From Burkholderiales bacterium (GTDB lineage: Bacteria > Pseudomonadota > Gammaproteobacteria > Burkholderiales > Burkholderiaceae_C), in contig JANMCC010000197.1 in assembly GCA_031360885.1 (NCBI GenBank), forward strand, positions 1,026 through 65,025: a stretch of 64,000 nucleotides of DNA. The letters run 5' to 3'. The notes under the pieces are model-generated. The model did not search any database. It saw only the letters and a list, made by a program, of their open reading frames with translations, and was not told the origin of the DNA. Positions 1 through 9,205 of this stretch are shown here, piece by piece (position 1 is the stretch's first letter; every line of letters begins with the position of its first letter). The position numbers were made by a program, and so were the translations under genes.

Positions 1-114
1 GCCGATGACGGTGATCACCTTGCCGGCGCGCGCGGTCAGCGTGAGGCCGTGCAGCACCTCGGCGCGGCCATAGCCGGCGTGCAGGTTCCTGACGTTGAGA
101 AGGAGCTCGGCCAT
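1..114 (-). CDS. ABC transporter ATP-binding protein (LivF-like), 5' part only; runs off the window
   Basis: Minus-strand ATG at 114 reads MAELLLNVRNLHAGYGRAEVLHGLTLTARAGKVITVIG, a typical LivF N-terminus; directly follows the permease/ATPase fusion gene. Confidence 0.85.
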   Translation of the reverse strand, partial: MAELLLNVRNLHAGYGRAEVLHGLTLTARAGKVITVIG

Positions 115-115
115 G

Positions 116-1888
116 TCAGTGCTCCGTGCCCAGGTAGGCGGCACGCACGGCGGGCGAGGCCTGCACCTCGTCGGGCGTGCCCTCGATCAGCTTGGTGCCG
201 AACTCCATCACCACCACCCGGTCGACCAGGCCCATCACCAGGTCCATGTCGTGCTCGACCAGCAGGATCGAGAGGCCCTCGCCGCGAAGCTGGCGCATGA
301 CGTCGGCGAGGCCTTCCTTTTCCTTCAGGCGCAGGCCGGCCGCGGGCTCGTCGAGCAGCAGCAGGATCGGGTCGGCGGCGAGCGCGCGGGCGATCTCCAT
401 CAGCCGCTGCTGGCCAAGCGCGAGATTGCCGGCCTGCTCGTGCATCAGCTCGCCCATGCCGATGCGCTGCAGCTGGCGCTCGGCCTCCTTCATCAGGCCG
501 CGCTCCTCGGCGCGGTCGAGGCGCAGCATCGCCGCCGGCACGCCGTGGCGGCCGCGCAGATGGGCGCCGAGGGCGACGTTCTCGAGCACCGTCATGCCGG
601 GAATCATCTTCACGTGCTGGAAAGTGCGCGCCACGCCGAGCCGGGCGATCTTGCGCGAGGCGAGCGAGTCGATGCGCCTACCGAGCAGCGTGACCTGGCC
701 GCTCGTGGCCGGCAGCACGCCGGTGACGAGGTTGAAGGTGGTCGACTTGCCCGCGCCGTTGGGGCCGATCAGGCCGAGGATCTCGCCCGCCTTGACCTGG
801 AAGCTGACGTCGTTCACCGCGACCAGGCCGCCGAACTCCTTGCGCGCGTCGCGCACGTCGAGCACCACCTCGCCGTGCGCCGGCCGCGGCCGGGCCGGCA
901 GCGGCGGCGCCTCGGCCCAGTCGACCTTGCGGCGCAGCCGCGGCAGCAGCGAATCGACGAACGACCAGAGGCCGTCGCGCGCGTACTGCAGCATCAGCAC
1001 CAGCAGCACGCCGAAGACGATGATCTCGTAGTTGCCGCTGGTGCCCATCAGCTTGGGCAGCACGACCTGGAGCTGGTCTTTCAGGATCTGCACGACGCCG
1101 GCGCCGACGAGCGCGCCCCAGACGTAGCCGATGCCGCCGAGCACCGCCATGAACAGGTACTCGATGCCCATGTTCAGGCCGAAGGGCGAGGGGTTGACGG
1201 TGCGCTGGAAGTGCGCGAACAGCCAGCCGGAGACGCTCGCGAGCAGGGCCGCGAGCACGAACGCGGTGACCTTGACGCGGAAGGTGTCGACGCCCATCGC
1301 CTCGGCCATGGTCGAGCCGCCCTTGACCGCGCGCATCGCCCGGCCGGGGCGCGAGTCGAGCAGGTGGGTCATGGCGACCGCCGCCAGCACGACGAGGGTC
1401 CAGAGCAGGTAGAAGAAGCTGCGCCCGGTGTTCAGCACCTTGCCGAAGAAGTTCAGCGCCGGGATGCCGAGCAGGCCGTCGTACTTGCCGAGGAAGTCGA
1501 GGTTGCCGAGCAGGTAGAAGAGCGAGAGGCCCCAGGCGATGGTGGCCAGCGGCAGGTAGTGGCCCGACATGCGCAGCGTCACCCAGGCGAGCACCAGCGC
1601 CGCGACCGCGGTGAAGACGAGGCCGATCCAGACCGTGAGCCAGGGCGAGACGCCGTAGGTGAGCGTGAGATAGGCCGCCGAGTACGCGCCCAGGCCGACG
1701 AACGCCGCCTGGCCGAAGGAGGTGAGGCCGGCCACGCCGGTGAGCAGCACCAGGCCGAACACCACGAGGGTGTACAGGCCGATGTAGTTGGCCTGGGTGA
1801 TCCAGAACTCCTTGTTCTCCGGTGTGACGACCGGCACCAGCGCCAGGATCACGACGAAGACCGCGAGGGCGATACGGCGCGCGTTCAT
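116..1888 (-). CDS. Branched-chain amino acid-type ABC transporter, fused permease + ATP-binding protein (LivM-LivG)
   Basis: Hydrophobic N-half with [10 protein letters not shown]; C-half with Walker [20 protein letters not shown] and VEHDM. Confidence 0.95.
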   Translation of the reverse strand: MNARRIALAVFVVILALVPVVTPENKEFWITQANYIGLYTLVVFGLVLLTGVAGLTSFGQAAFVGLGAYSAAYLTLTYGVSPWLTVWIGLVFTAVAALVLAWVTLRMSGHYLPLATIAWGLSLFYLLGNLDFLGKYDGLLGIPALNFFGKVLNTGRSFFYLLWTLVVLAAVAMTHLLDSRPGRAMRAVKGGSTMAEAMGVDTFRVKVTAFVLAALLASVSGWLFAHFQRTVNPSPFGLNMGIEYLFMAVLGGIGYVWGALVGAGVVQILKDQLQVVLPKLMGTSGNYEIIVFGVLLVLMLQYARDGLWSFVDSLLPRLRRKVDWAEAPPLPARPRPAHGEVVLDVRDARKEFGGLVAVNDVSFQVKAGEILGLIGPNGAGKSTTFNLVTGVLPATSGQVTLLGRRIDSLASRKIARLGVARTFQHVKMIPGMTVLENVALGAHLRGRHGVPAAMLRLDRAEERGLMKEAERQLQRIGMGELMHEQAGNLALGQQRLMEIARALAADPILLLLDEPAAGLRLKEKEGLADVMRQLRGEGLSILLVEHDMDLVMGLVDRVVVMEFGTKLIEGTPDEVQASPAVRAAYLGTEH

Positions 1889-2925
1889 TCTTCCTCGTCG
1901 TCGTGGCCGTGCTGGAACGAGCGCCAGAGGAGCACGGGAATGATGAGGGTGAAGACGATCACTTCCTTGAACGCGCTGGCGTAGAACGAGCTGAAGCTCT
2001 CGAGCACGCCGACCAGCAGCGCGCCCAGCGCCGCCGCCGGATAGCTGGCCAGGCCGCCGAAGATGGCGGCGACGAAGCCCTTCAGGCCGATCAGGAAGCC
2101 CGAGTCGTAGAAGATCGTCGTCGTCGGCCCGATCAGCAGGCCCGACAGCGCGCCCATGAAGGCGGCGAGGCCGAAGCTCAGCTTGCCCGCGCCCGAGGTC
2201 GAGATGCCCATGAGGCGCGCGCCGAGCCGGTTCACCGCGGTGGCGCGCAGCGCCTTGCCGCGCAGCGTCCGCTCGAAGAACAGGAACAGGCCGAGGATCA
2301 GCGCCACCGCGACGGCGAAGATGATGACCGTCTGCCCCGTGAGCGCGAGCGGCCCGAGGGTGAAGCGCTGGTCCCAGAAGCTCGGGTTGCGAAAGCCCTC
2401 GGCGCCGAAGAACACCAGGCCGAGCCCGGTGAGCGCGAAGTGCACGCCGACCGAGACGATCAGCAGCACCAGCACGGTCGCGTCGGCGAGGCGCTGGTAG
2501 GCGAGGCGGTAGACGAGCGGCCCGAGCAGGGTGACGATCGCGACCGCGAGCGCGCTCTGCACGAGCAGCGGAAACTTCTGCGGCGCCGCCCAGAGCGTGA
2601 GCGCGACGACGATCGCCGGCGCGAGCAGGGTCTTGATCGCATTGCGCAGCAGGGTCGCCGCCGGCAGGCCGCGGCGCAGCGCGTCGAAGGCGTCGAGCAG
2701 CGCGGCGGCGACGGCGAGCGCCGCCATCAGCCAGAGCGTGCCCGGCACCTTGCCGAACTGCAGCATCGCGACCGAGAGCGCGCCGTAGGCGACGAACTCG
2801 CCCTGCGGGATGAAGATGACGCGGGTGACCGCGAAGACGAGAACGAGCGCGAGCGCGAGCAGCGCGTAGACGGCGCCATTGGTGGCGCCGTCGAGCAGCA
2901 GGATGCCGGCGATCGAGGCGTCCAT
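1885..2925 (-). CDS. ABC transporter permease (LivH-like)
   Basis: Multi-TM protein, [15 protein letters not shown]...[17 protein letters not shown] motif; ATGA overlap with next gene. Confidence 0.93.
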   Translation of the reverse strand: MDASIAGILLLDGATNGAVYALLALALVLVFAVTRVIFIPQGEFVAYGALSVAMLQFGKVPGTLWLMAALAVAAALLDAFDALRRGLPAATLLRNAIKTLLAPAIVVALTLWAAPQKFPLLVQSALAVAIVTLLGPLVYRLAYQRLADATVLVLLIVSVGVHFALTGLGLVFFGAEGFRNPSFWDQRFTLGPLALTGQTVIIFAVAVALILGLFLFFERTLRGKALRATAVNRLGARLMGISTSGAGKLSFGLAAFMGALSGLLIGPTTTIFYDSGFLIGLKGFVAAIFGGLASYPAAALGALLVGVLESFSSFYASAFKEVIVFTLIIPVLLWRSFQHGHDDEEE

Positions 2926-2957
2926 CGTCTACTCGCCGCCCGGGCCTGCAGAACGCC

Positions 2958-4097
2958 TCAAGGAACGACTTGCCAGTCGCCGTTGACGATCTTGAGAAGC
3001 ACGCCGGTCTCCGGCGTGTAGCCGAAGTGGTCGGTCGCGGTCCAGTTGAGCACGCCCTGCGAGACCGGGGTGCGGCCCATGGTCTCGAACGCGTCCTTCA
3101 GCGCGGCGCGGAACTGCGGCGTGCCGGGCTTGGCCTTGGCCAGGGCGAGGGGCACCGCCTTGTTGAGGACGATGACGACGTCGTAGGCGTGGGCGCCGAA
3201 CTGGTTGGCCGAGCCCTTGCCGTAGACCTTCTCGAACTCTTCCTTGTATTTCATGCCGAGCGCCTTGCTGGCGTTGCCGGCCGGCAGCTTCTCGGCCACC
3301 ACCGCCGGGCCCGAGGAGACGAACGAGCCCTCGACGTCGGCGCCGCCGACGCGGATCAGGTCCATGGTCGCCGCGCCGTGCGTCTGGTAGAGCTTGCCCT
3401 TGGGATAGCCGCGCTCGACCAGGCCCTTGTGCGGCATCGCCGCGCCGCTGCCCGAGGCGACGATCAGGATCGCGTCGGGATTGGCGGTGACGAGCTTCAG
3501 CGCCTGGCCGGTGACGCTGGTGTCGGGCCGGGCGAAGCGCTCGGTCGCGATCAGCTTGATGCCGGCCTTCTCTGCGAGCGGCTGGATGTCGGCGAGCCAG
3601 GCTTCCCCGTAGGCGTCGGAGTAGCCGAGGAAGCCGTAGGTCTTGACGCCCAGCTTCTTCCACTGCTCGACGATCGGGATCGCCATCACCGCGGTCGACT
3701 GCGGCATGCGGAACGACCACGCGCCCTTGCCCGGGGGCAGGTTCACCGGCGAGAGCATGAGCTGCACCGTCTGCCCTTCGGCGGCAACGTCGGACATCGC
3801 CGCGGCGAGCGGCGTCGCCGCCGAGCCGACGATCAGGTCGACCTTGTCTTCGGTGATGAAGCGGCGCGTGTTCTTGACGGCCACGGTGGGGTCGGTGGCG
3901 TCGTCGAGGATGATGACGTTGAGCTTCTCGCCGGCGATCGACGTCGGCCACATGGCGATCCCGTTCTTGCTCGGAATGCCGAGCGCCGAGGTCGGCCCGG
4001 TCAGCGGAATGCTGACGCCGATGGTGATGTCGGCCTGGGCGGCGGCGGCGGCGCACGCCGCGGCCAGCGCCAGGGCGAGACGGATCGAGGCTCTCAT
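2958..4097 (-). CDS. ABC transporter substrate-binding protein (aromatic acid-binding type)
   Basis: Signal peptide MRASIRLALALAAACAAAAAQA then DITIGVSIPLTGP; GGAGA RBS upstream of ATG 4097. Confidence 0.92.
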   Translation of the reverse strand: MRASIRLALALAAACAAAAAQADITIGVSIPLTGPTSALGIPSKNGIAMWPTSIAGEKLNVIILDDATDPTVAVKNTRRFITEDKVDLIVGSAATPLAAAMSDVAAEGQTVQLMLSPVNLPPGKGAWSFRMPQSTAVMAIPIVEQWKKLGVKTYGFLGYSDAYGEAWLADIQPLAEKAGIKLIATERFARPDTSVTGQALKLVTANPDAILIVASGSGAAMPHKGLVERGYPKGKLYQTHGAATMDLIRVGGADVEGSFVSSGPAVVAEKLPAGNASKALGMKYKEEFEKVYGKGSANQFGAHAYDVVIVLNKAVPLALAKAKPGTPQFRAALKDAFETMGRTPVSQGVLNWTATDHFGYTPETGVLLKIVNGDWQVVP

Positions 4098-4144
4098 GGG
4101 GTCTCCTGTCCTTGTTGGAAAAGCAACTCGGGGCGGCGCCGCGG

Positions 4145-4567
4145 CTATTCGCAGAGGGCGCGGATGTCTTCGGGAATCGGGATCGCCCGCAGCCGGTCGG
4201 GATTGTCGCTGTCGCGGCGAACGAAGGCGCGCGTCTCGGTGCCCTCGCAGATCAGGGTGGTGCCGCGCATGACGCGATGCCGCTGCCTGAACACCTTGGC
4301 CCGCCACTCCTCGACGTGGGTCGAGATCTCGAGCTCCTCGGCGTAGGTGGCGGCGGTGACGAAGCGGGTGGCGATCTCGAGCAGCGGCGTGCCGACGATG
4401 CCGCGCGTCTTCACCAGCTCGCGCCAGGGCGGCACGCCGCACTGCATGAAGAAGGAGAGGGAGGCCGCGTCCATCCAGCGCTGGAAGTTGGGATAGAAGA
4501 CGATGCCGGCGGGATCGCAATCGCCGAACTGGACCGTCACGCGAAACGTCGTGGTCTTCGCCATCAC
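4145..4567 (-). CDS. Acyl-CoA thioesterase (4-hydroxybenzoyl-CoA thioesterase/hot-dog fold)
   Basis: FGDCDPAGIVFYPNF motif; overlaps the fcs stop. Confidence 0.92.
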   Translation of the reverse strand: MMAKTTTFRVTVQFGDCDPAGIVFYPNFQRWMDAASLSFFMQCGVPPWRELVKTRGIVGTPLLEIATRFVTAATYAEELEISTHVEEWRAKVFRQRHRVMRGTTLICEGTETRAFVRRDSDNPDRLRAIPIPEDIRALCE

Positions 4568-6453
4568 TCGCCGCCTCTCCCGCTCGCGGGAGAGGGCTGG
4601 GGTGAGGGTGCTCGCGGCACGATCACGTCACGATCCCGGCCCGCGTACATGCGCACCACGTCCACCTCGCGATGCGTCAGCACCGCGCGCTGGTTGATCG
4701 AGCCCTTGTCGGTGATCTCGCCCTTGTCGATCGAAGGCGGCTCGGCCAGCACCAGGGCGCGCGCGACCCGCGTCGAGCTGCCGCTGCCGGTGGAGTGCAG
4801 CACGTCGACCAGGCGCTGGAAGAAGGCACGGAGCTTCGGCTCGCCGAGGACGATGTGCGCCGGCGCGTTGCCCGGCAGCTCGACGAACGCGCGGCAGGCG
4901 TCGAGGCGGGGGAAGAACAGCACGCCGATCTCGCTTCGGTTGATGCCGGCGATGACCACGTCCTGCACCAGCGGGTCGCCGGCGGCGATGATCTTCGCCC
5001 TGAGCGGCCCGACCGAGACGAAGGTGCCGGTGTTGAGCTTGAAGTCCTCGGCGATCCGGCCGTCGAACATGAAGCCGCGGCCGGGGTCGGCCGGGTCCAT
5101 CGGCTTGGCGGCGTCGCCGCTGCAGTAGAAGCCCTCGGCGTCGAAGCTCTCCGCCGTCTGCTCGGGCGCGCGCCAGTAGCCGGGGGTGACGTTGGGGCCG
5201 CGGTAGCGCACCTCCTGCTTGTCGCCCATGGGAGCGAGCTTGAGCTCGAGGCCGGGCGCGGGCAGGCCGATGTGGCCCGACTTCACGTCGTGGGCGTTGG
5301 CACAGATCGCGAACGGCGAGGTCTCGGTCATGCCCAGGCCGGTAAGCATGCGGATCCGCTCACCGCACTCCTTCTCGGCGACGGCGTCGAGCTTGTCCCA
5401 GACCGGCTGCGACAGGCCCGCGCCCGAGAAGAAGAACATCTTCACCCGGCTGAAGAAGGTCTTGCGCAGGACCGGGTCGACCTCGAGCGCGTTGGCGATC
5501 TCCTCGAAGCCCTTGGGCACGTTGAAGTAGATCGTCGGCGCGACCTCGCGCAGGTTGCGCAGCGTCTCGCCGATCAGCGCCGGGGTCGGCTTGCCCTCGT
5601 CGATGTAGAGCGTGCCGCCGTTGTAGAGGGTGATGCCGATGTTGTGGTTGCCGCCGAAGGTGTGGTTCCACGGCAGCCAGTCGACCAGCACCGGCGGCTC
5701 CTCCTGCAGCGCCGGGAAGCACTGGCGGATCATCTGCTGGTTGGCGCAGAGCATGCGCTGGGTGTTGATCACGCCCTTGGGCAGCTTGGTCGAGCCCGAG
5801 GTGAACAGGAACTTGGCGATCGTGTCGGGCCCGACCTTCGCGTGCGCGGCATCGACCGCGGCGGTCGGCTGCGTCGCCAGCAGCTCGGCGAACGGCACGA
5901 CCGCGCGGCCCTCGAGCGCGCCTTCGGTCAGCACCACGGGCGTTGCGGCCGGCACCGCGGCGGCGATCGCCTTCGCATAGGCCGGGCCGCTGGCGAACAC
6001 CAGCCCCGGCGTCAGCAGGCCGAGGATGTGCTTGAGCTTGCCGTGGTCCTGCGAGACCAGCGAGTACGCGGGCGAGACCGGCGCGTAGGGCACGCCCGCG
6101 AGCATCGCGCCGAGGGCGAGCAGCAAATGCTCGATGTCGTTGTCGGAGAGGATCACGAGCGGCCGCTCGACCGAGAGCTCGTGGTCGAGCAGCCACTGGG
6201 CGATGGCCCGCGCGGCGCGCAGCGCCTCCGCATAGCTCACCTTGCGCCAGTCGCCGCCGTCGACGCGCTTGGCGACCAGCGTGCGCTCGGGCGCGGCTTC
6301 GGCCCAGTGCAGGAAGCGGTCGGTCAGGCGGGTGGCGTAAGGCTGCAGCGGCTCGCTGGAGACGACCACGGTCGAGCCGTCGTCGCGCGTCGTGAGCGTG
6401 GCCGCCAGCGAGCCGCCGAGCGGCAGGTCGCGATAGCGCGCAACGCCGCTCAT
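4564..6453 (-). CDS. fcs: Feruloyl-CoA synthetase (hydroxycinnamate-CoA ligase)
   Basis: AMP-binding FTSGSTKLPKG, WLPWNHTFGGNHN, EITDKGSINQRAVL, characteristic of the Fcs family. Confidence 0.9.
   Translation of the reverse strand: MSGVARYRDLPLGGSLAATLTTRDDGSTVVVSSEPLQPYATRLTDRFLHWAEAAPERTLVAKRVDGGDWRKVSYAEALRAARAIAQWLLDHELSVERPLVILSDNDIEHLLLALGAMLAGVPYAPVSPAYSLVSQDHGKLKHILGLLTPGLVFASGPAYAKAIAAAVPAATPVVLTEGALEGRAVVPFAELLATQPTAAVDAAHAKVGPDTIAKFLFTSGSTKLPKGVINTQRMLCANQQMIRQCFPALQEEPPVLVDWLPWNHTFGGNHNIGITLYNGGTLYIDEGKPTPALIGETLRNLREVAPTIYFNVPKGFEEIANALEVDPVLRKTFFSRVKMFFFSGAGLSQPVWDKLDAVAEKECGERIRMLTGLGMTETSPFAICANAHDVKSGHIGLPAPGLELKLAPMGDKQEVRYRGPNVTPGYWRAPEQTAESFDAEGFYCSGDAAKPMDPADPGRGFMFDGRIAEDFKLNTGTFVSVGPLRAKIIAAGDPLVQDVVIAGINRSEIGVLFFPRLDACRAFVELPGNAPAHIVLGEPKLRAFFQRLVDVLHSTGSGSSTRVARALVLAEPPSIDKGEITDKGSINQRAVLTHREVDVVRMYAGRDRDVIVPRAPSPQPSPASGRGGE
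4574..4608. repeat. REP-like palindromic element embedded in the fcs 3' end
   Basis: Hairpin CCTCTCCCGC-TC-GCGGGAGAGG followed by GCTGGGGTGAGGG; translated as the PSPQPSPASGRG tail of Fcs. Confidence 0.65.
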
Positions 6454-6481
6454 CTCGCCCCCGGGCCGGCCGCGGCGCTGC

Positions 6482-7291
6482 TCACGCCTTCTTCACCTTC
6501 CCGGCCTTGCCGTCGAGGAATGCCTTCATCCTGTCCTTGGCCGCGTCGTCGCCCTGGGCGATGGCCGCCATCAGCGATTCGGTGAACAGGCCTTCGTCCT
6601 GGCCCATGTCGGCGATGCGCGGCAGCGCGTGCATGACGGCGAAGTTGGAGAGCGGCGCGTTGCCGGCGATGCGGCCGGCGAGCTCGAGCGCCTTGGCGAC
6701 CCCCTGCCCCGCCTCGACCCGGTACTGCGAGAGGCCGACCGCCTGGCCTTCGTCGGCGTCGTAGACGCGGCCGGTGAGCATCATGTCGGTCATGCGGGCG
6801 ACGCCGATCAGGCGCGGAATGCGGGCCGAGCCGCCGCCGCCGACGAACAGGCCGCGCTGGCCTTCGGGCAGGCCGTAGAAGGTGCTCGGCTCGGCGACGC
6901 GCACGTGGCAGGCGCTCGCCAGCTCGAGGCCGCCGCCGACCACCGCGCCGTGCAGCACCGCGACCACGGGCACCTTGCCGAGCTGGATCTGGTTGAACGC
7001 CGCGTGCCAGGAGCGCGAATGGGCGATGCCTTCGGCGGCGCTGCGCTCGGAGAGCTCGGAGAGGTCGAGGCCGGCGCAGAAGTGCTCGCCCTCGCCGCTG
7101 ATCACGACCGCGCGAACGGCCTCCGGCAGGTTGACGAAGGCGGTGTGCAACTGCGCGACCAGCGCATCGTTGATGGCGTTGCGCTTGGCGGGTCGATTCA
7201 GGCGCACGTGCAGCACGGCGCCCAGCGCCTCGATGCGCAGCAGGTCGAGCGAGCCGAGCAGCGGCGCCGAGAGGAATGCGGCGCTCGTCAT
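6482..7291 (-). CDS. Enoyl-CoA hydratase/crotonase family protein
   Basis: FCAGLDL and GAVVGGGLEL...PEGQRG crotonase motifs; first gene of the fcs operon. Confidence 0.93.
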   Translation of the reverse strand: MTSAAFLSAPLLGSLDLLRIEALGAVLHVRLNRPAKRNAINDALVAQLHTAFVNLPEAVRAVVISGEGEHFCAGLDLSELSERSAAEGIAHSRSWHAAFNQIQLGKVPVVAVLHGAVVGGGLELASACHVRVAEPSTFYGLPEGQRGLFVGGGGSARIPRLIGVARMTDMMLTGRVYDADEGQAVGLSQYRVEAGQGVAKALELAGRIAGNAPLSNFAVMHALPRIADMGQDEGLFTESLMAAIAQGDDAAKDRMKAFLDGKAGKVKKA

Positions 7292-7401
7292 TGGTTAGTT
7301 TCTTTAATCATGTGGCCGCGGCCATTCTAGGATCGCTAACCTAGGAGAGCCCTAGGGTAAGCCCTAGCGGAGCGCTGTAGTTTGGTTATTTACATTAACT
7401 A
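7292..7401. promoter_or_regulatory. Two imperfect palindromes TGGTTA-N7-TAAYYA (7292-7310, 7383-7401); candidate MarR/CouR-type operators
   Basis: TGGTTAGTTTCTTTAATCA and TGGTTATTTACATTAACTA in the AT-rich divergent intergenic region. Confidence 0.55.
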
Positions 7402-7442
7402 AAAATCAAGGATTCGCCCAAGAGACGAAGACATGCCTGCCA

Positions 7443-7628
7443 CCGCCTCTAATTGGGCCGTCCTCGGTGCCGGCGGGGGAGCTGGCGGCCGCGGGCGGCG
7501 CGGGCGGCGCCCATTGCCGCGTCGTCGGCGCAGTGAACGATCGCGTCAGCGCGGTCGACGGCAAGCGCCGAGGTGTACAAGCCGAGCTGAATCCGATTCC
7601 CTCGAAGCCCGCGGAGCCGCGACCATGA
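7443..7628 (+). pseudogene. Remnant of a tannase/feruloyl esterase-family gene
   Basis: Startless frame reads SSVPAGELAAAGGAGGAHCRVVGAVNDRVSAVDGKR, resembling the tannase-family N-terminal 'PAHC.V.G..N.RVS.VDG' segment; stop TGA at 7626-7628 overlaps the next ATG. Confidence 0.5.
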
Positions 7629-8488
7629 ACACCGCCGACCTGATCGCCATCGACACCCACACCCACCTCGAGGTGTCGTGCCGCAACCCGTTCGACAACT
7701 ACGGCGAGGAGTACGACCGCGCCGCCGACAAGTACTTCCGCTCGAGCAAGCGCCCGACCATGGACGAGACGATCGCCTTCTACCGCGAGAAGAAGATCGG
7801 CTTCGTCAACTTCACCGTCGACGCCGAGACGCAGATGGGCCGCCGGCGCATCCCCAACGAGGAGATCGCCGAGGCGGCGCAGAAGAACAGCGACATCATG
7901 ATCGCCTTCGGCTCGATCGATCCGCACAAGGGAAAGATGGGCGGCCGCGAGGCCAGGAAGCTGGTCGAGGAATACGGCGTGCGCGGCTTCAAGTTCCACC
8001 CCACGGTGCAGGGCTTCGAGCCCGCCGACAGGATGGCCTGGCCGATCTACGAGGTGATCGCCGAGCACAAGCTGCCCGCCATCTTCCACAGCGGCCACTC
8101 GGGCATCGGCTCGGGCATGCGCTGCGGCGGCGGATTGCGCCTGCAGAACTCGAACCCGATGCTGGTGGAGGACGTGGCGATGGCCTTCCCCGACATGCAA
8201 ATCGTCCTCGCGCACCCGTCCTGGCCGTGGCAGGACGAGGCGATCTCGCTGGCGATGCACAAGCCGAACGTCTGGATCGACCTCTCCGGCTGGAGCCCGA
8301 AGTACTTTCCGCCACAGCTCGTGCAGTACGCGAACACGCTGCTCAAGGACCGGGTGCTGTTCGGCAGCGACTTCCCGTTGATCACGCCCGACCGCTGGCT
8401 GAAGGACTTCGCCGAGGCCGGCTTCAAGGACGAGGTGCGGCCGCTGATCCTGAAGGAAAACGCGAAGCGCCTGCTGAACCTCGCCTGA
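7625..8488 (+). CDS. Amidohydrolase_2 family protein (CouO-like 4-hydroxyphenyl-beta-ketoacyl-CoA hydrolase)
   Basis: IDTHTH metal motif, GFKFHP, AHPSWPW, IDLSGWSPKYF, FGSDFP; lies divergent from the fcs operon. Confidence 0.88.
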   Translation: MNTADLIAIDTHTHLEVSCRNPFDNYGEEYDRAADKYFRSSKRPTMDETIAFYREKKIGFVNFTVDAETQMGRRRIPNEEIAEAAQKNSDIMIAFGSIDPHKGKMGGREARKLVEEYGVRGFKFHPTVQGFEPADRMAWPIYEVIAEHKLPAIFHSGHSGIGSGMRCGGGLRLQNSNPMLVEDVAMAFPDMQIVLAHPSWPWQDEAISLAMHKPNVWIDLSGWSPKYFPPQLVQYANTLLKDRVLFGSDFPLITPDRWLKDFAEAGFKDEVRPLILKENAKRLLNLA

Positions 8489-8498
8489 GCCGCGCGGC

Positions 8499-9158
8499 TC
8501 AGCGCCGGCGCTTCGAGGACGAGGTCGGCGCCTCCGGAGACGCCGCCGCCGCGGCATCGGGATCGGCCGAGAGCGCCTTGACGAGATCGTCGACGGCGCT
8601 CTGGAATGCGGCGCGCGTGGTCGCCGAGGTCGGCGCCGCCGTCAGCTTGCTGGAAGCGTTGCCGGCGTAGGCCCGGCCGCCGACCTCGACCTCGATCCGG
8701 ACGGTGCCGCTGGCGGCGCCGGCCTTGCCCTTCGAGAGCGAGCGGAACACGAGGTCGAGCGCTTCGCTGCCGGGTATGGCAACGCGCCCGCCGTCGCCGA
8801 TGACCCCCGCCTGGACGAAGCGCAGCTCGAATTGCGTCAGCCTGACGGAGCCCTTGCTCAGCAGCTCGCGCGGCCGCGCTTGCGCCAGGGCGGAATTGAC
8901 GTAGGTCTCCAGCGACTGGCGCAGCGCATCGGGCGGCGGCTGACGGAACTGGGTTTCGCCGAGACGGATTCCGTTCGGCAGGATCTGCGCGGCCGCCGAC
9001 GGCAGCTCGCGCGCGTCGACGAGGCGAACTGCCCGCTCGCCGCGCGGCGCCGGCTCGACGAGGTCGTACACCTCGTTCGGATCGAAGTCGATCGCCTGCG
9101 CCGCGCCGAACGCGAACAGCGCAACCACCGCCACCAAACCGATCCACCGACGACGCAT
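8499..9158 (-). CDS. Hypothetical secreted protein
   Basis: GGAGG RBS, signal peptide MRRRWIGLVAVVALFAFGAAQA; fills the gap after paaH. Confidence 0.7.
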   Translation of the reverse strand: MRRRWIGLVAVVALFAFGAAQAIDFDPNEVYDLVEPAPRGERAVRLVDARELPSAAAQILPNGIRLGETQFRQPPPDALRQSLETYVNSALAQARPRELLSKGSVRLTQFELRFVQAGVIGDGGRVAIPGSEALDLVFRSLSKGKAGAASGTVRIEVEVGGRAYAGNASSKLTAAPTSATTRAAFQSAVDDLVKALSADPDAAAAASPEAPTSSSKRRR

Positions 9159-9205
9159 TCCGCCTCCCTCCTCGAGCCCCTCGAGCCGACGAATCAAGTG
9201 CAGCC

